Assembly: GCA_036276035.1 (NCBI GenBank)
Contig: DASUCM010000009.1
Span: 1 to 62,521, forward strand
Length of the DNA stretch: 62,521 nt
From: Candidatus Limnocylindria bacterium
GTDB lineage: Bacteria > Chloroflexota > Limnocylindria > P2-11E
Direction of reading: 5' to 3'
Shown here: positions 16,853 to 25,974 of the stretch, one piece after another
Layout: each line of letters begins with the position of its first letter
How positions within the stretch are numbered: the stretch's first letter is position 1
The notes under the pieces: model-generated
What the model saw: only the letters and a program-made list of their open reading frames with translations
Told to the model about the DNA's origin: nothing
Databases searched by the model: none
Program-made: the position numbers and the translations under genes

Positions 16853-17704
16853 ATGTCTTGGCCTTCTGGTCGGCCGCTGGGTACGGTAGCCGCCGTGGCA
16901 ACGACCGTCCGGGCCGGCGGCGCCGGACGAGGCACCGACGCGCGCAGGATCGAGCGCGGGGACCTCTGGTGGCTCGAGCCCGTCGCCATCGTCACGGTCC
17001 TCGGGCTGTTCGTCCTCTACTCGGCCTGGGCCGGCCTCGTGAACGCGCACTACTACAGCGAGCCGTACCTCTCGCCGTTCTACTCGCCGTGCATCAGCTC
17101 GAGCTGCCCGCACGTCACGTTCGGCGTGCCGTTCGTCGGCGACTGGTGGGGCTTCTCGCCGGCGGTCTTCATCGTCGGCTTCCCGCTCGTGTTCCGGCTC
17201 ACCTGCTACTACTACCGCCGCTCGTACTACCGGGCGTTCTTCTGGTCCCCGCCCGCGTGCACGGTCCCCGATGCGCGCGCGAAGTACGCCGGCGAGACGA
17301 AGTTCCCGTTCGTGCTGCAGAACCTCCACCGCTACGCGTGGTACCTCGCCGTTCCGATCTGGGCGATCCTCACCTACGACGCCGTCCTCGCCTACATCTT
17401 CCCGACGCCGGACCACACCGGCTTCCGCTTCGGGGTCGGCCTGGGCAGCTTGATCATGACCGCGAACATCGTCCTCATCGGCCTGTACACGTTCTCGTGC
17501 CATTCGTGCCGCTACCTCTGCGGTGGCTACCTCGACCGCTTCCGCGGCGCGCCGATCCGCTACCGCCTGTGGAACTGGGCGAACAAGCTGAACGTGAAGC
17601 ACTCGCTGTTCGCCTGGGCCTCGCTCTTCTCCGTCGGCCTCACCGACCTCTACATCCGCATGGTCTCGATGGGCTGGATCACCGACCCGCGGATCGTGTT
17701 CTAG
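16853..17704 (+). CDS. sdhC: succinate dehydrogenase membrane anchor, mycobacterial Sdh1 (Rv0249c-like) type
   Basis: 283 aa, polytopic, directly upstream of sdhA/sdhB. Cys/His clusters CISSSCPH and SCHSCRYLC. Confidence 0.8.
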   Translation: MSWPSGRPLGTVAAVATTVRAGGAGRGTDARRIERGDLWWLEPVAIVTVLGLFVLYSAWAGLVNAHYYSEPYLSPFYSPCISSSCPHVTFGVPFVGDWWGFSPAVFIVGFPLVFRLTCYYYRRSYYRAFFWSPPACTVPDARAKYAGETKFPFVLQNLHRYAWYLAVPIWAILTYDAVLAYIFPTPDHTGFRFGVGLGSLIMTANIVLIGLYTFSCHSCRYLCGGYLDRFRGAPIRYRLWNWANKLNVKHSLFAWASLFSVGLTDLYIRMVSMGWITDPRIVF

Positions 17705-19558
17705 ATGAAGGAGGACATCCAGCGCCTCGAGTACGACGTCGTCGTGATCGGCGCAGGCGGCGCCGGGATCCGCGCCGCGATCGAGGCGAGCGCGCAGGGC
17801 GCGCGGACCGCGCTCATCTGCAAGTCGCTGTTCGGCAAGGCGCACACCGTGATGGCCGAGGGCGGCATCGCCGCCGCGCTGCGCAACGTGTGGAAGGAGG
17901 ACTCCTGGCAGGTCCACTTCCGCGACACCATGCGGGGCGGGAAGCTCATGAACAACTGGCGCATGGCGCAGCTTCACGCGCAGGAGGCGCCGGACCGCGT
18001 CCTCGAGCTCGAGGAGTGGGGCGCGCTCTTCGACCGCACGAAGGACGGGCTCATCCTGCAGCGCGACTTCGGCGGCCACCGCTACGCGCGGCTCGCGCAC
18101 GTCGGCGACCGGACCGGCCTCGAGATGATCCGCACGCTGCAGGACCACGCGGTGCACAAGGGCATCGACGTCCACATGGAGTGCACGATCCAGCGTCTGC
18201 TCCTCGCCGACGGCGCGGTGAGCGGCTGCGTCGGCTACTGGCGCCAGACCGGCGCGCTCGTCGCGTTCGGCGCGAAGGCGATCGTCCTCGCGACGGGCGG
18301 CGTCGGCAAGGCCTGGAAGATCACGTCGAACTCCTGGGAGTACACGGGCGACGGGATCGCGCTCGCGCTCGACGCCGGCGCCGACCTCATCGACATGGAG
18401 ATGACGCAGTTCCATCCGACCGGGATGGTCTGGCCGCCGAGCGTGCGCGGCATCCTCGTCACGGAGGGAGTGCGCGGTGACGGCGGCACGCTCAAGAACA
18501 GCGCCGGCCGCCGCTTCATGTTCGACTACATCCCCGAGTTCTTCCGCGGCGACACCGCCGACACGGAGGCCGAGGCGGACCGGTGGTACGAGGACAAGAT
18601 CAACAACCGCCGGACCCCGGACCTGCTGCCGCGCGACGAGGTCGCGCGCGCGATCAACTCCGAGGTGAAGGCGGGCCGCGGCACCCCGCACGGCGGCGTG
18701 TACCTCGACATCGCGTCGCGCCGGAGCGCCGAGTACATCCGCCAGCGCCTCCCTTCCATGTACCACCAGTTCAAGGAGCTCGCGGACGTCGACATCACGA
18801 CGACGCCGATGGAGGTCGGCCCGACGCTGCACTACATCATGGGCGGCGTCCGGGTCGAGGCCGACACCGCCGCGACGACGGTGGCCGGCCTCTTCGCGGC
18901 GGGCGAGGTCGCGGCGGGGATGCACGGCGCGAACCGCCTCGGCGGCAACTCGCTCTCGGACCTCCTCGTCTTCGGCCGTCGGGCGGGGCTCGGCGCGGCG
19001 GCGTACGCGGGCAGGCGGGGCGCGGCGCCGTTCGACGACGCCGCGCTCGCTCGCAGCGCCGAGGACATCCTCGCGCCGTTCTCGCGGCCGGACGCCGGCG
19101 AGGATCCGTACCAGCTCCACGAGCGCCTGCAGAGCACGATGCAGGCGAACGTCGGCATCGTGCGGACCGAGGACGAGCTGGCGAAGGCTCTCGCCGACAT
19201 CGAGCGGCTCCGCGCGCGCGCCGAGAAGGTGCGCGTCCGGGGAACACGCGTGTACAACCCCGGCTGGCACCTCGCGCTCGACCTCCGCTCGATGCTCACC
19301 TGCGCGGAGGCGGTCACGCGCTCCGCGCTCCGGCGGACCGAGAGCCGCGGTGGCCACACCCGCGCGGACTTCCCGAAGACGGACAAGGAGTGGGGCCGGA
19401 AGAACATCGTCGTCAGGCGCGGGGACGGCGGCCTCGTGCTCGCCGACGAGCCGATCCCGCAGCCGCCGCCCGAGCTGCAGGCGCTGCTCGGCGACGACCT
19501 GCCGACAGCGGCGCCGGTCACGCCGGCGCCCGCGCGCGAGGTGGTCCCGACGACATGA
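17705..19558 (+). CDS. sdhA: succinate dehydrogenase/fumarate reductase flavoprotein subunit
   Basis: 617 aa: YDVVVIGAGGAGIRAA.., HTVMAEGG, HPTG, RGDGG. Confidence 0.95.
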   Translation: MKEDIQRLEYDVVVIGAGGAGIRAAIEASAQGARTALICKSLFGKAHTVMAEGGIAAALRNVWKEDSWQVHFRDTMRGGKLMNNWRMAQLHAQEAPDRVLELEEWGALFDRTKDGLILQRDFGGHRYARLAHVGDRTGLEMIRTLQDHAVHKGIDVHMECTIQRLLLADGAVSGCVGYWRQTGALVAFGAKAIVLATGGVGKAWKITSNSWEYTGDGIALALDAGADLIDMEMTQFHPTGMVWPPSVRGILVTEGVRGDGGTLKNSAGRRFMFDYIPEFFRGDTADTEAEADRWYEDKINNRRTPDLLPRDEVARAINSEVKAGRGTPHGGVYLDIASRRSAEYIRQRLPSMYHQFKELADVDITTTPMEVGPTLHYIMGGVRVEADTAATTVAGLFAAGEVAAGMHGANRLGGNSLSDLLVFGRRAGLGAAAYAGRRGAAPFDDAALARSAEDILAPFSRPDAGEDPYQLHERLQSTMQANVGIVRTEDELAKALADIERLRARAEKVRVRGTRVYNPGWHLALDLRSMLTCAEAVTRSALRRTESRGGHTRADFPKTDKEWGRKNIVVRRGDGGLVLADEPIPQPPPELQALLGDDLPTAAPVTPAPAREVVPTT

Positions 19559-20343
19559 CCGAGGTGAAGATGAAGGTCTGGCGCGGCGACCGCGAGGGCG
19601 GCGAGTTCACCGAGTACCTCGTGCCCTCCGACGAGGGCATGGTCGTCCTCGACGTCATCCACCGCATCCAGGCGCTGCGCGCGCCGGATCTCGCGGTGCG
19701 TTGGAACTGCAAGGCCGGGAAGTGCGGCTCGTGCAGCGCCGAGATCAACGGCGCGCCGCGGCTCATGTGCATGACGCGCATGAACACGTTCGAGCCAGGC
19801 GAGGAGATCACCGTCTCGCCGCTCAAGACGTTCCCGGTGATCCGCGACCTCGTCACCGACGTCTCCTTCAACTACGAGAAGGCGAAGACGATCCCCGCGT
19901 TCACGCCGCGCCCGAAGGAGGCCGACGGGACCAGGCGCATGTATCAGGAGGAGGTCGACCGGGTCCAGGAGTTCCACAAGTGCATCGAGTGCTTCCTCTG
20001 CCAGAACGTCTGCCACGTCATCCGCGACCACGAGGAGAACAAGCGGTCGTTCTCGGGCCCGCGCCTCTTCGTTCGGCTCGCGGCGCTCGAGATGCACCCG
20101 CTCGACACGAACGACCGCCTCGAGCTCATCCGTGCGAAACAGGGCCTCGGCTTCTGCAACATCACGAAGTGCTGCACCGAGGTGTGCCCCGAGCACATCA
20201 AGATCACCGACAACGCGATCATCCCATTGAAGGAGCGCGTCGTGACCGAGTTCTACGACCCGCTCGCGTGGGTGAAGCGGAAGGTGATGGGTCAGCGCCC
20301 GACGGCGCCCGGCCGCGGCGAGCCGGAGCCTCCGTCCGCCTGA
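19555..20343 (+). CDS. sdhB: succinate dehydrogenase iron-sulfur subunit
   Basis: ATGA overlap with sdhA. CKAGKCGSCSAEING.., CIECFLCQNVC, CTEVCP. Confidence 0.95.
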   Translation: MTEVKMKVWRGDREGGEFTEYLVPSDEGMVVLDVIHRIQALRAPDLAVRWNCKAGKCGSCSAEINGAPRLMCMTRMNTFEPGEEITVSPLKTFPVIRDLVTDVSFNYEKAKTIPAFTPRPKEADGTRRMYQEEVDRVQEFHKCIECFLCQNVCHVIRDHEENKRSFSGPRLFVRLAALEMHPLDTNDRLELIRAKQGLGFCNITKCCTEVCPEHIKITDNAIIPLKERVVTEFYDPLAWVKRKVMGQRPTAPGRGEPEPPSA

Positions 20344-20510
20344 GCTCGCGGCGCGCCTTCGTCCTTGCCGCTGGCGCCGTCCTCGCCGTCGCCACCGTCG
20401 CCCTCGTCATCCGTCCGGCGTTAGAACGCGGTGGTGCGGGTGAACTCCTGCTGATCTTCGGCTTCTTCGGCGCCGTCCTGCTGTTCGAACGCTGGCTGCG
20501 CACCCGGTAG
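20340..20510 (+). CDS. 56-aa two-TM peptide downstream of sdhB (candidate)
   Basis: LSSRRAFVLAAGAVLAVATVALVIRPALERGGAGELLLIFGFFGAVLLFERWLRTR. There is no ATG/GTG/TTG inside the ORF. CTG 20340 overlaps the sdhB stop (CTGA). The nearest canonical in-frame start is GTG 20268, inside sdhB. Confidence 0.35.
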   Translation: MSSRRAFVLAAGAVLAVATVALVIRPALERGGAGELLLIFGFFGAVLLFERWLRTR

Positions 20511-20572
20511 CGGCTACCGTCTAGCGGCCTGCATCCGATCAGATAGCCCGGGCCGGACGCGCCCGGTGTACG

Positions 20573-23500
20573 TTGCGGCCGAGGGGCGGGGTCGAAGTAG
20601 AACGCATCGCGCGGCGCACCTTCTGGCTCATCGCGGTGACCGCCGTCGCCGCGCTGCCGCTCGTCGCCCTCGGATCGCTCCAGCTCGTCGCCGGCGCCGC
20701 GCACCCGCTCCTCGGTCTCTTCGTGTTCGCGGGCATCGTCGTGCTGTCGCTCCGCACGATCACCCTGCGCGCGCACACCGACCTCAGCCTCGCGGATGTC
20801 GTCGTGCTCGCCGGCATCGTGCTGCTTCCCGTCGCGGCGGTCGCGCCCCTGGCCGCGCTCGCGCGCGCCGTGAATGACGCCATCCTCCGCCGCCCGACCC
20901 CCCATCTCGTGCGCAACGCGGCCGCGACCGCGGTGTCGAGCGGCGTGGCATCGCTCGTCTACGCGGGCGTCACCTCCCTGGTCCCCGGGACGGGAGCCGT
21001 GGCGACGATCCCCGGCGCGGTCGCGGCGGCCGTGACGCTCGTCCTCGTGGACGTCGGTCAGCTCATCGCGCTCCTGCGCACGCTGCCCGCGGCCGCGGAG
21101 CTCCCGCTCCGCTGGTCCTGGGTCTGGCACACGGCGCGCGCCCAGCTGTTGTGGGCGCTCTCCGCTGTGGTCGTCATCGAGGCCGGACGCATCGAGCCCC
21201 TCTTCCTCGTCCCCGGCGTCCCGCTCCTCCTCCTCGGCTACCAGGACATCCGCGCGCGCTTCACCGCCGAGCGGCGATCGCGAGTGCTGGCGACCCTCGT
21301 CGAGGTGAGCCATGCGGTCGGCGCGTCGCTCGACCCGACGCTCGTCTTCCGCGCGCTCTACACGAACGTGCGCGCCTCGCTCGAGGCGGACGCGTTCTAC
21401 GTCGCGCTGCTCTCCTCGAACGGCACGATGGTCTCGTACCGCTTCCTTGTCGACGCGAACGAGGAGCTGCCACCCCAGGACCGGGCGAAGTACGGCACCC
21501 TCGCCGGACACTGCATCGACACCGACCGCGCGATCCTCATGCGCGACGCCGAGCGCGACTACGCCTCGCTCGGGATCGAGCGCAACCCGTGGGGGACGGT
21601 CCGCGAGCGGTCGATCATGGTGGCGCCGCTGCGCATCCGCGGTCAGGCCGTGGGCGCGATCTCCGCGCAGAGCGTGAACGCGAACGCGTACGACGAAGGC
21701 GACCTCGAGCTGTTCGGCGCGATCGCGAACGAGGCGGCTGTCGCGATCGAGCGCGCCGAGCTGTACGCGCGCACAGCCTCCCTCTCCGGCCGCCTGTTCG
21801 AGCTCCACCGTGTCGGCATCGAGATGAGCGCGGAGCGCGACGTCGCGGCGGTGGCGCGGCGCCTCTCGGGGACGGCGCGCGAGCTGCTCGGTTCCGCCGC
21901 TGTCACGGTCTTCCTCGATAACGGCGGCGACAGCTTCGACTTCGTCACCCGCGCCGGCCCGTCGCAGACGGAGGTCGCGAAGCTGCCGAAGAGCCTGCCG
22001 CTCACCGCGCGCGCGATGAAGGAAGGCGTCGTCGAGGTCGCCGACTCCGCGACCGCCCCGCCGGAGTCGCGCCGCATGCTCGAGGCATCGGGCCACCGGG
22101 CGGTCCTCATCTACCCGCTGCGAGCGGCGAACGACGTCGTTGGCCTGGTGTTCGTGACCTGGACGCAGCCGCACGCCGTCACCGCCGACGAGCGCGAGCT
22201 CCTCGACATCCTCATGAACATGGGCGCGACGGCGCTCCGGAGCCTGCGCCTGTACGCCGAGCTCGACGAGGCGTACCTCGCGACCGTCCAGACGCTCATG
22301 ACGACGATCCAGGCGCGGGACGGGTATCGCGAGGACCACCAGCGCCGTGTCGCGGAGGACTCCGTGGCGCTCGGGGAGCGCCTGCGCCTGCCGGAGGACT
22401 CGCTCCGAGACCTTCGCTACGCGTCGCTCTTCCACGCCCTCGGCAAGATCGGCGTCGCTCCGTCGATCCTCTCGAAGCAGGGTCCTCTGACCGGCGAGGA
22501 GCGCCGGGTCGTCCGCGAGCACCCGATCCTCGGCGCGCGGATCATCGAGGCGATCCGCTTCCTCCGCGGTGTCGTCCCGATCGTGCGCCACGCGAACGAG
22601 CGCTGGGACGGCAGCGGCTACCCGGACGGGCTCGCCTTCGAGGCGATCCCGTACGAGGCCCGCCTGCTGCAGATCGTCCTGTCGTACCACGCCATGCTGG
22701 CGGACCGCCCGTACCGTCATGGCCTGGAGCCGCGCGTCGCGCTCGGCGAACTGCGCCTGCTCGCCGGTAGCCGGTACGACCCGGGCCTCGTCGAGGAGTT
22801 CGTGCGCATGATCGAGGAGCGCGGTGGCGTCGAGTCGGCGCAGCTCGAGGTCCAGGAGGGCGCGCGCGAGCTCGCGATCCTCGCCGAGATCACGCCGCAG
22901 TTCAACACGCTGCTCGACCTGAAGCAGCTGCTCGACCGCGTGCTGCGCAGCCTCGAGCGCTACTGGCCAGGCAGCCGCATCCACATCCTGCTCCGCGACG
23001 AGCACACCGAGGAGCTCGTCGTGCGCGCGGTCGCCGGGGAGGAAGGGGCGGCGCTTGCCGCCGGCGTGCGCCTCGCGCGCGGGCACGGTCTCGCGAGCTG
23101 GGTCGTCGAGCACCGGGAGCCGCTCAACGTCGAGGACATCAACGCCGACCCTCGCGCGAGGCAGCAGGACGGCAGGACCCGTGCGCGGATGCTCGTCCCG
23201 CTCATCAACGAGGCCCGCGCGATCGGCGTCCTCGCGGTCTCCAGCGATCATGCGGGTGCCTTCTCCCAGCGCGACGTCACCCTCCTGCAGGCGGTCGGCG
23301 CCCAGATCGCGGCGGCCATCGAGGTCGCCGACCTGCACGAGCGCCTGAAGCACGCCGCGAACACCGACGCGCTCACCGGCCTGCACAACTTCCGCTACTT
23401 CTACGACCGCCTCGAGGAGGAGATCGCGCGCGCGGAGCGGCGCGGCACGCCGCTCGCGGTCGCCTATTTCGACATCGACGGGCTGAAGCGCGTGAACGAC

Positions 23501-23833
23501 AGTCACGGCCACATCGCCGGCGACGCCGTCCTTCGGACGCTCGGGAGCGCGATCGACAGCCACGTTCGGGCCGAGGACGTTCCCGCGCGATATGGGGGCG
23601 ACGAGTTCGCGATCGTGATGCCGGAGACCGCGCGCGAGGAGGCGGAGAAGGTCGTCGGCCGGCTCATGGAGCTGCTCGACAGCAGCAGGATCGACCTCGG
23701 CGACGAACGTACCATCGCCATGCCCGCGCGATCCTGGGGCGTGTCGTCCTACCCGACCGACGGCACGACCGCGAAGGAGCTCGTCGAGAACGCCGACACC
23801 CGCGCGTACGCACGCAAGCGCGCCAAGGCGTAG
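20573..23833 (+). CDS. multidomain c-di-GMP signalling protein: TM region, GAF, HD-GYP-like, GAF, GGDEF
   Basis: 1086 aa. ..ERWDGSGYPDGL.. (GYP motif). RAEDVPARYGGDEFAIV (RxxD I-site plus GGDEF). Two GAF-like blocks. Confidence 0.9.
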   Translation: MRPRGGVEVERIARRTFWLIAVTAVAALPLVALGSLQLVAGAAHPLLGLFVFAGIVVLSLRTITLRAHTDLSLADVVVLAGIVLLPVAAVAPLAALARAVNDAILRRPTPHLVRNAAATAVSSGVASLVYAGVTSLVPGTGAVATIPGAVAAAVTLVLVDVGQLIALLRTLPAAAELPLRWSWVWHTARAQLLWALSAVVVIEAGRIEPLFLVPGVPLLLLGYQDIRARFTAERRSRVLATLVEVSHAVGASLDPTLVFRALYTNVRASLEADAFYVALLSSNGTMVSYRFLVDANEELPPQDRAKYGTLAGHCIDTDRAILMRDAERDYASLGIERNPWGTVRERSIMVAPLRIRGQAVGAISAQSVNANAYDEGDLELFGAIANEAAVAIERAELYARTASLSGRLFELHRVGIEMSAERDVAAVARRLSGTARELLGSAAVTVFLDNGGDSFDFVTRAGPSQTEVAKLPKSLPLTARAMKEGVVEVADSATAPPESRRMLEASGHRAVLIYPLRAANDVVGLVFVTWTQPHAVTADERELLDILMNMGATALRSLRLYAELDEAYLATVQTLMTTIQARDGYREDHQRRVAEDSVALGERLRLPEDSLRDLRYASLFHALGKIGVAPSILSKQGPLTGEERRVVREHPILGARIIEAIRFLRGVVPIVRHANERWDGSGYPDGLAFEAIPYEARLLQIVLSYHAMLADRPYRHGLEPRVALGELRLLAGSRYDPGLVEEFVRMIEERGGVESAQLEVQEGARELAILAEITPQFNTLLDLKQLLDRVLRSLERYWPGSRIHILLRDEHTEELVVRAVAGEEGAALAAGVRLARGHGLASWVVEHREPLNVEDINADPRARQQDGRTRARMLVPLINEARAIGVLAVSSDHAGAFSQRDVTLLQAVGAQIAAAIEVADLHERLKHAANTDALTGLHNFRYFYDRLEEEIARAERRGTPLAVAYFDIDGLKRVNDSHGHIAGDAVLRTLGSAIDSHVRAEDVPARYGGDEFAIVMPETAREEAEKVVGRLMELLDSSRIDLGDERTIAMPARSWGVSSYPTDGTTAKELVENADTRAYARKRAKA

Positions 23834-24636
23834 TGGCGCCGCCGACGCTTGCGGAGCTCCGGGCGCGCCGGGCGCAGGAGTGCCGCCTCACCAGGGACCG
23901 CGCGCTCGGGTCGCTCGAGGAGGCCGAGGCGTTCCTGCAGGATCGGCGGGTCCTCACCCAGACCCAGGACTCGTCGCTGCCGAGCCTCTTCGCGGCCACG
24001 CATGAGGCGCCGTACGCGCTCGGCAAGGCCGGCTTCGGGTCGTGGCCGAAGACGAAGTGGACCTGGGGCGGCGAGCTCGCCTCCCGCCCGCACGTCCAGC
24101 CGGTGAAGGTGCACAAGGGGAAGCTCCTGCTCTTCTCGGCCGAGGGGGCGGCGGTCATCGACCCGCTCTGCCGCGACGCGATCGCGCGCGCCGAGGACGG
24201 CGAGCTCGGCGACGACGCCGCGGCGATCCTTCGTCGCCTGAAGGCGGCCGGACCGAGCAGCGCCGACGACGTGCGGAACGAGCTCGGTCTCGAGACGAAG
24301 GCCTTCCGCGCCGCGCGCGAGAAGCTCGAGCGCGAGGGTGCGCTCGTCTCGCGATCGATCGAAGGAGGCTCGCCTGCGGCGGGCGAGGCGCCGCAGGTGC
24401 ACCGTCACGGCAGCACGCTCGCGCGGTGGGACCAGTCCTTCACGCAGCGGCGCAAGGCGCCGCTCGAGCGCGCGCTCGACGACCTCGTGCTGCTCGGCAT
24501 CCGCGCCGCCGTCGTCGTGCAGGAGGACGAGCCGCTCGGCTGGTTCACCTGGCCGGTGCCGCGCGACACCGTGCGCCGCCTCCTCGCGGCCGGGAAGCTC
24601 GTGCGGCCCGCGGCCGGCTGGGTCGGCTATCCCTAG
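23833..24636 (+). CDS. conserved hypothetical protein, possibly winged-helix (HTH_42/AlkZ-YcaQ-like)
   Basis: 267-aa ORF; GTG shares one nucleotide with the upstream TAG (TAGTG). Coding-like codon usage. The family assignment is tentative, resting only on the N-terminal ..RRVLTQTQD.. context. Confidence 0.5.
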   Translation: MAPPTLAELRARRAQECRLTRDRALGSLEEAEAFLQDRRVLTQTQDSSLPSLFAATHEAPYALGKAGFGSWPKTKWTWGGELASRPHVQPVKVHKGKLLLFSAEGAAVIDPLCRDAIARAEDGELGDDAAAILRRLKAAGPSSADDVRNELGLETKAFRAAREKLEREGALVSRSIEGGSPAAGEAPQVHRHGSTLARWDQSFTQRRKAPLERALDDLVLLGIRAAVVVQEDEPLGWFTWPVPRDTVRRLLAAGKLVRPAAGWVGYP

Positions 24637-24641
24637 CGTCG

Positions 24642-25481
24642 CTACCGCCGCGCGCGCAGCGTGAACGAGAGCGGCAGCTCGCCCGCGTAGCCCGGCGGCA
24701 GCGTCCACTCGCCGGCGCCCGGCTCACCTGACTCTTCGCTCCGCACCAGGAACGGGAGTGCCTGCCACGGCGCGGTCGTGCGCTCGTGGAGGAACTCGAT
24801 GCGGAGCCCCGCGTCGGCGAGAGAGGTGACGATCTCGCCAAGATCGTGGATCCACGCGTACTCCTTGCGCTGCGCGAACGTCCTGCTGCGGTCCGCGTAG
24901 GTCCCCTGCACGTCGAGCTCGAGCGCGTCGGGACGCGCGAGGTACGGATAGCCGAGACGCAGCTCGGTCGCGCTGTCCGAGTCGTCGAAGGCGAGCAGCA
25001 CCGGGTGGACCTCGTGGATGTAGAAGAAGCCGCGGGGCCGCAGGTGCTTCGCGATGACCCGGGCCCAGCGCGCGAGGTCCGGCAGCCAGCCGATGACGCC
25101 GCGTGAGGTGTACACGATGTCGAAGGTCTCCCCGAGCTCGAGCTCGAGCACGTCTGACGCGACGAAGCGGGCCTGGAGACCGAGCTCCGCCGCGAGCGCC
25201 CGCGCCTGCGCGATGGCCGGCTCGGAGAAGTCCACGCCGGTGACGCGCGCGCCGAGCCTCGCGAACGAGAGCGTGTCCATCCCGAAGTGGCACTGGAGGT
25301 GGAGCAGGTCCTTGCCGCGCACGTCGCCGAGCTCGGCGAGCTCGACCGGGCGGATGCGCGTGGCGCCCTTCTTGAACGCGTCGACGCCGTAGAAGTCCGA
25401 GGCGTAGTGGACCGGGACGCGCTCGTCCCAAAGACGGCGGTTCGCCGCGAGCTGTTCGCGCGTCGGCTCGCCGGCGCTCAC
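24642..25481 (-). CDS. class I SAM-dependent methyltransferase
   Basis: Motif I-like LLHLQCHFGMDTLSFARLGARVTGVDFSEPAI. 279 aa. Confidence 0.85.
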   Translation of the reverse strand: MSAGEPTREQLAANRRLWDERVPVHYASDFYGVDAFKKGATRIRPVELAELGDVRGKDLLHLQCHFGMDTLSFARLGARVTGVDFSEPAIAQARALAAELGLQARFVASDVLELELGETFDIVYTSRGVIGWLPDLARWARVIAKHLRPRGFFYIHEVHPVLLAFDDSDSATELRLGYPYLARPDALELDVQGTYADRSRTFAQRKEYAWIHDLGEIVTSLADAGLRIEFLHERTTAPWQALPFLVRSEESGEPGAGEWTLPPGYAGELPLSFTLRARR

Positions 25482-25500
25482 GGCGCCGCTACAGGACCGG

Positions 25501-25974
25501 TCAGTTCTCGAAGACCCGGCTCTGGCGGATGGGAAAGCCGCTGCGCAGGCAATCGGCCTCGGACCGCAGCGTGTTGGCCACGTAGTCGGGCGGGACGACC
25601 ACGTAGTTGAACTGCCAGATCGGGCTGTACTTCGCCATCCCGGGTATCGAGTCGTAGATGTTCAGCTGGCGCGGCACGCGCGACGGCTCCCGGACGAGAT
25701 GGCCGTCCGCGTCGAGCTCGACGTCGTAGACGATCTGGTACTCCTGCGCGACCTTCACGGTCGCGGGATCGACCTGAAGCTCCCCTTGCTCTGACGCGAA
25801 GACGATCCGTCCGTCGAACCACACGCGTTCGATCGCGTAGCCGTACGGGTTGGAGTAGGTGAGCCGCTCGGTACCGCTCCGGTCGAACGGCGCGCTCTCT
25901 GAGTGCGCGTAAGGGACGCCGTCGCGGATGTCCCACACGCCCTCGGGCTCGTCGTCGTCGACGCGTCCCGTCAA
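25501..25974 (-). CDS. hypothetical protein (157 aa), translationally coupled to mdh
   Basis: TTG start 25974-25972 overlaps the mdh stop (TTGA). Non-junk composition (..YGYAIERVWFDGRIVF.., ..SPIWQFNYVVVPPDY..). Confidence 0.6.
   Translation of the reverse strand: MTGRVDDDEPEGVWDIRDGVPYAHSESAPFDRSGTERLTYSNPYGYAIERVWFDGRIVFASEQGELQVDPATVKVAQEYQIVYDVELDADGHLVREPSRVPRQLNIYDSIPGMAKYSPIWQFNYVVVPPDYVANTLRSEADCLRSGFPIRQSRVFEN

Noticed and set aside
16817-19357. N-terminal roughly 850 codons of track ORF 15926..19357(-)
   Set aside because: Only the last 296 codons (15926-16816) are a LysR regulator. The remainder is antisense to sdhCAB and has no protein-like features.
20511-20572. Possible terminator or ncRNA after the sdh operon (CCGGGC-N7-GCCCGG)
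   Set aside because: It has only a 6-bp stem and no U-tract, which is not distinguishable from background in this GC-rich sequence.
20219-23563. 1114-aa minus-strand ORF antisense to the GAF/HD-GYP/GGDEF gene
   Set aside because: It is a shadow ORF: Arg/Asp/Glu/Ala-rich with no domains, opposite a well-supported multidomain gene.
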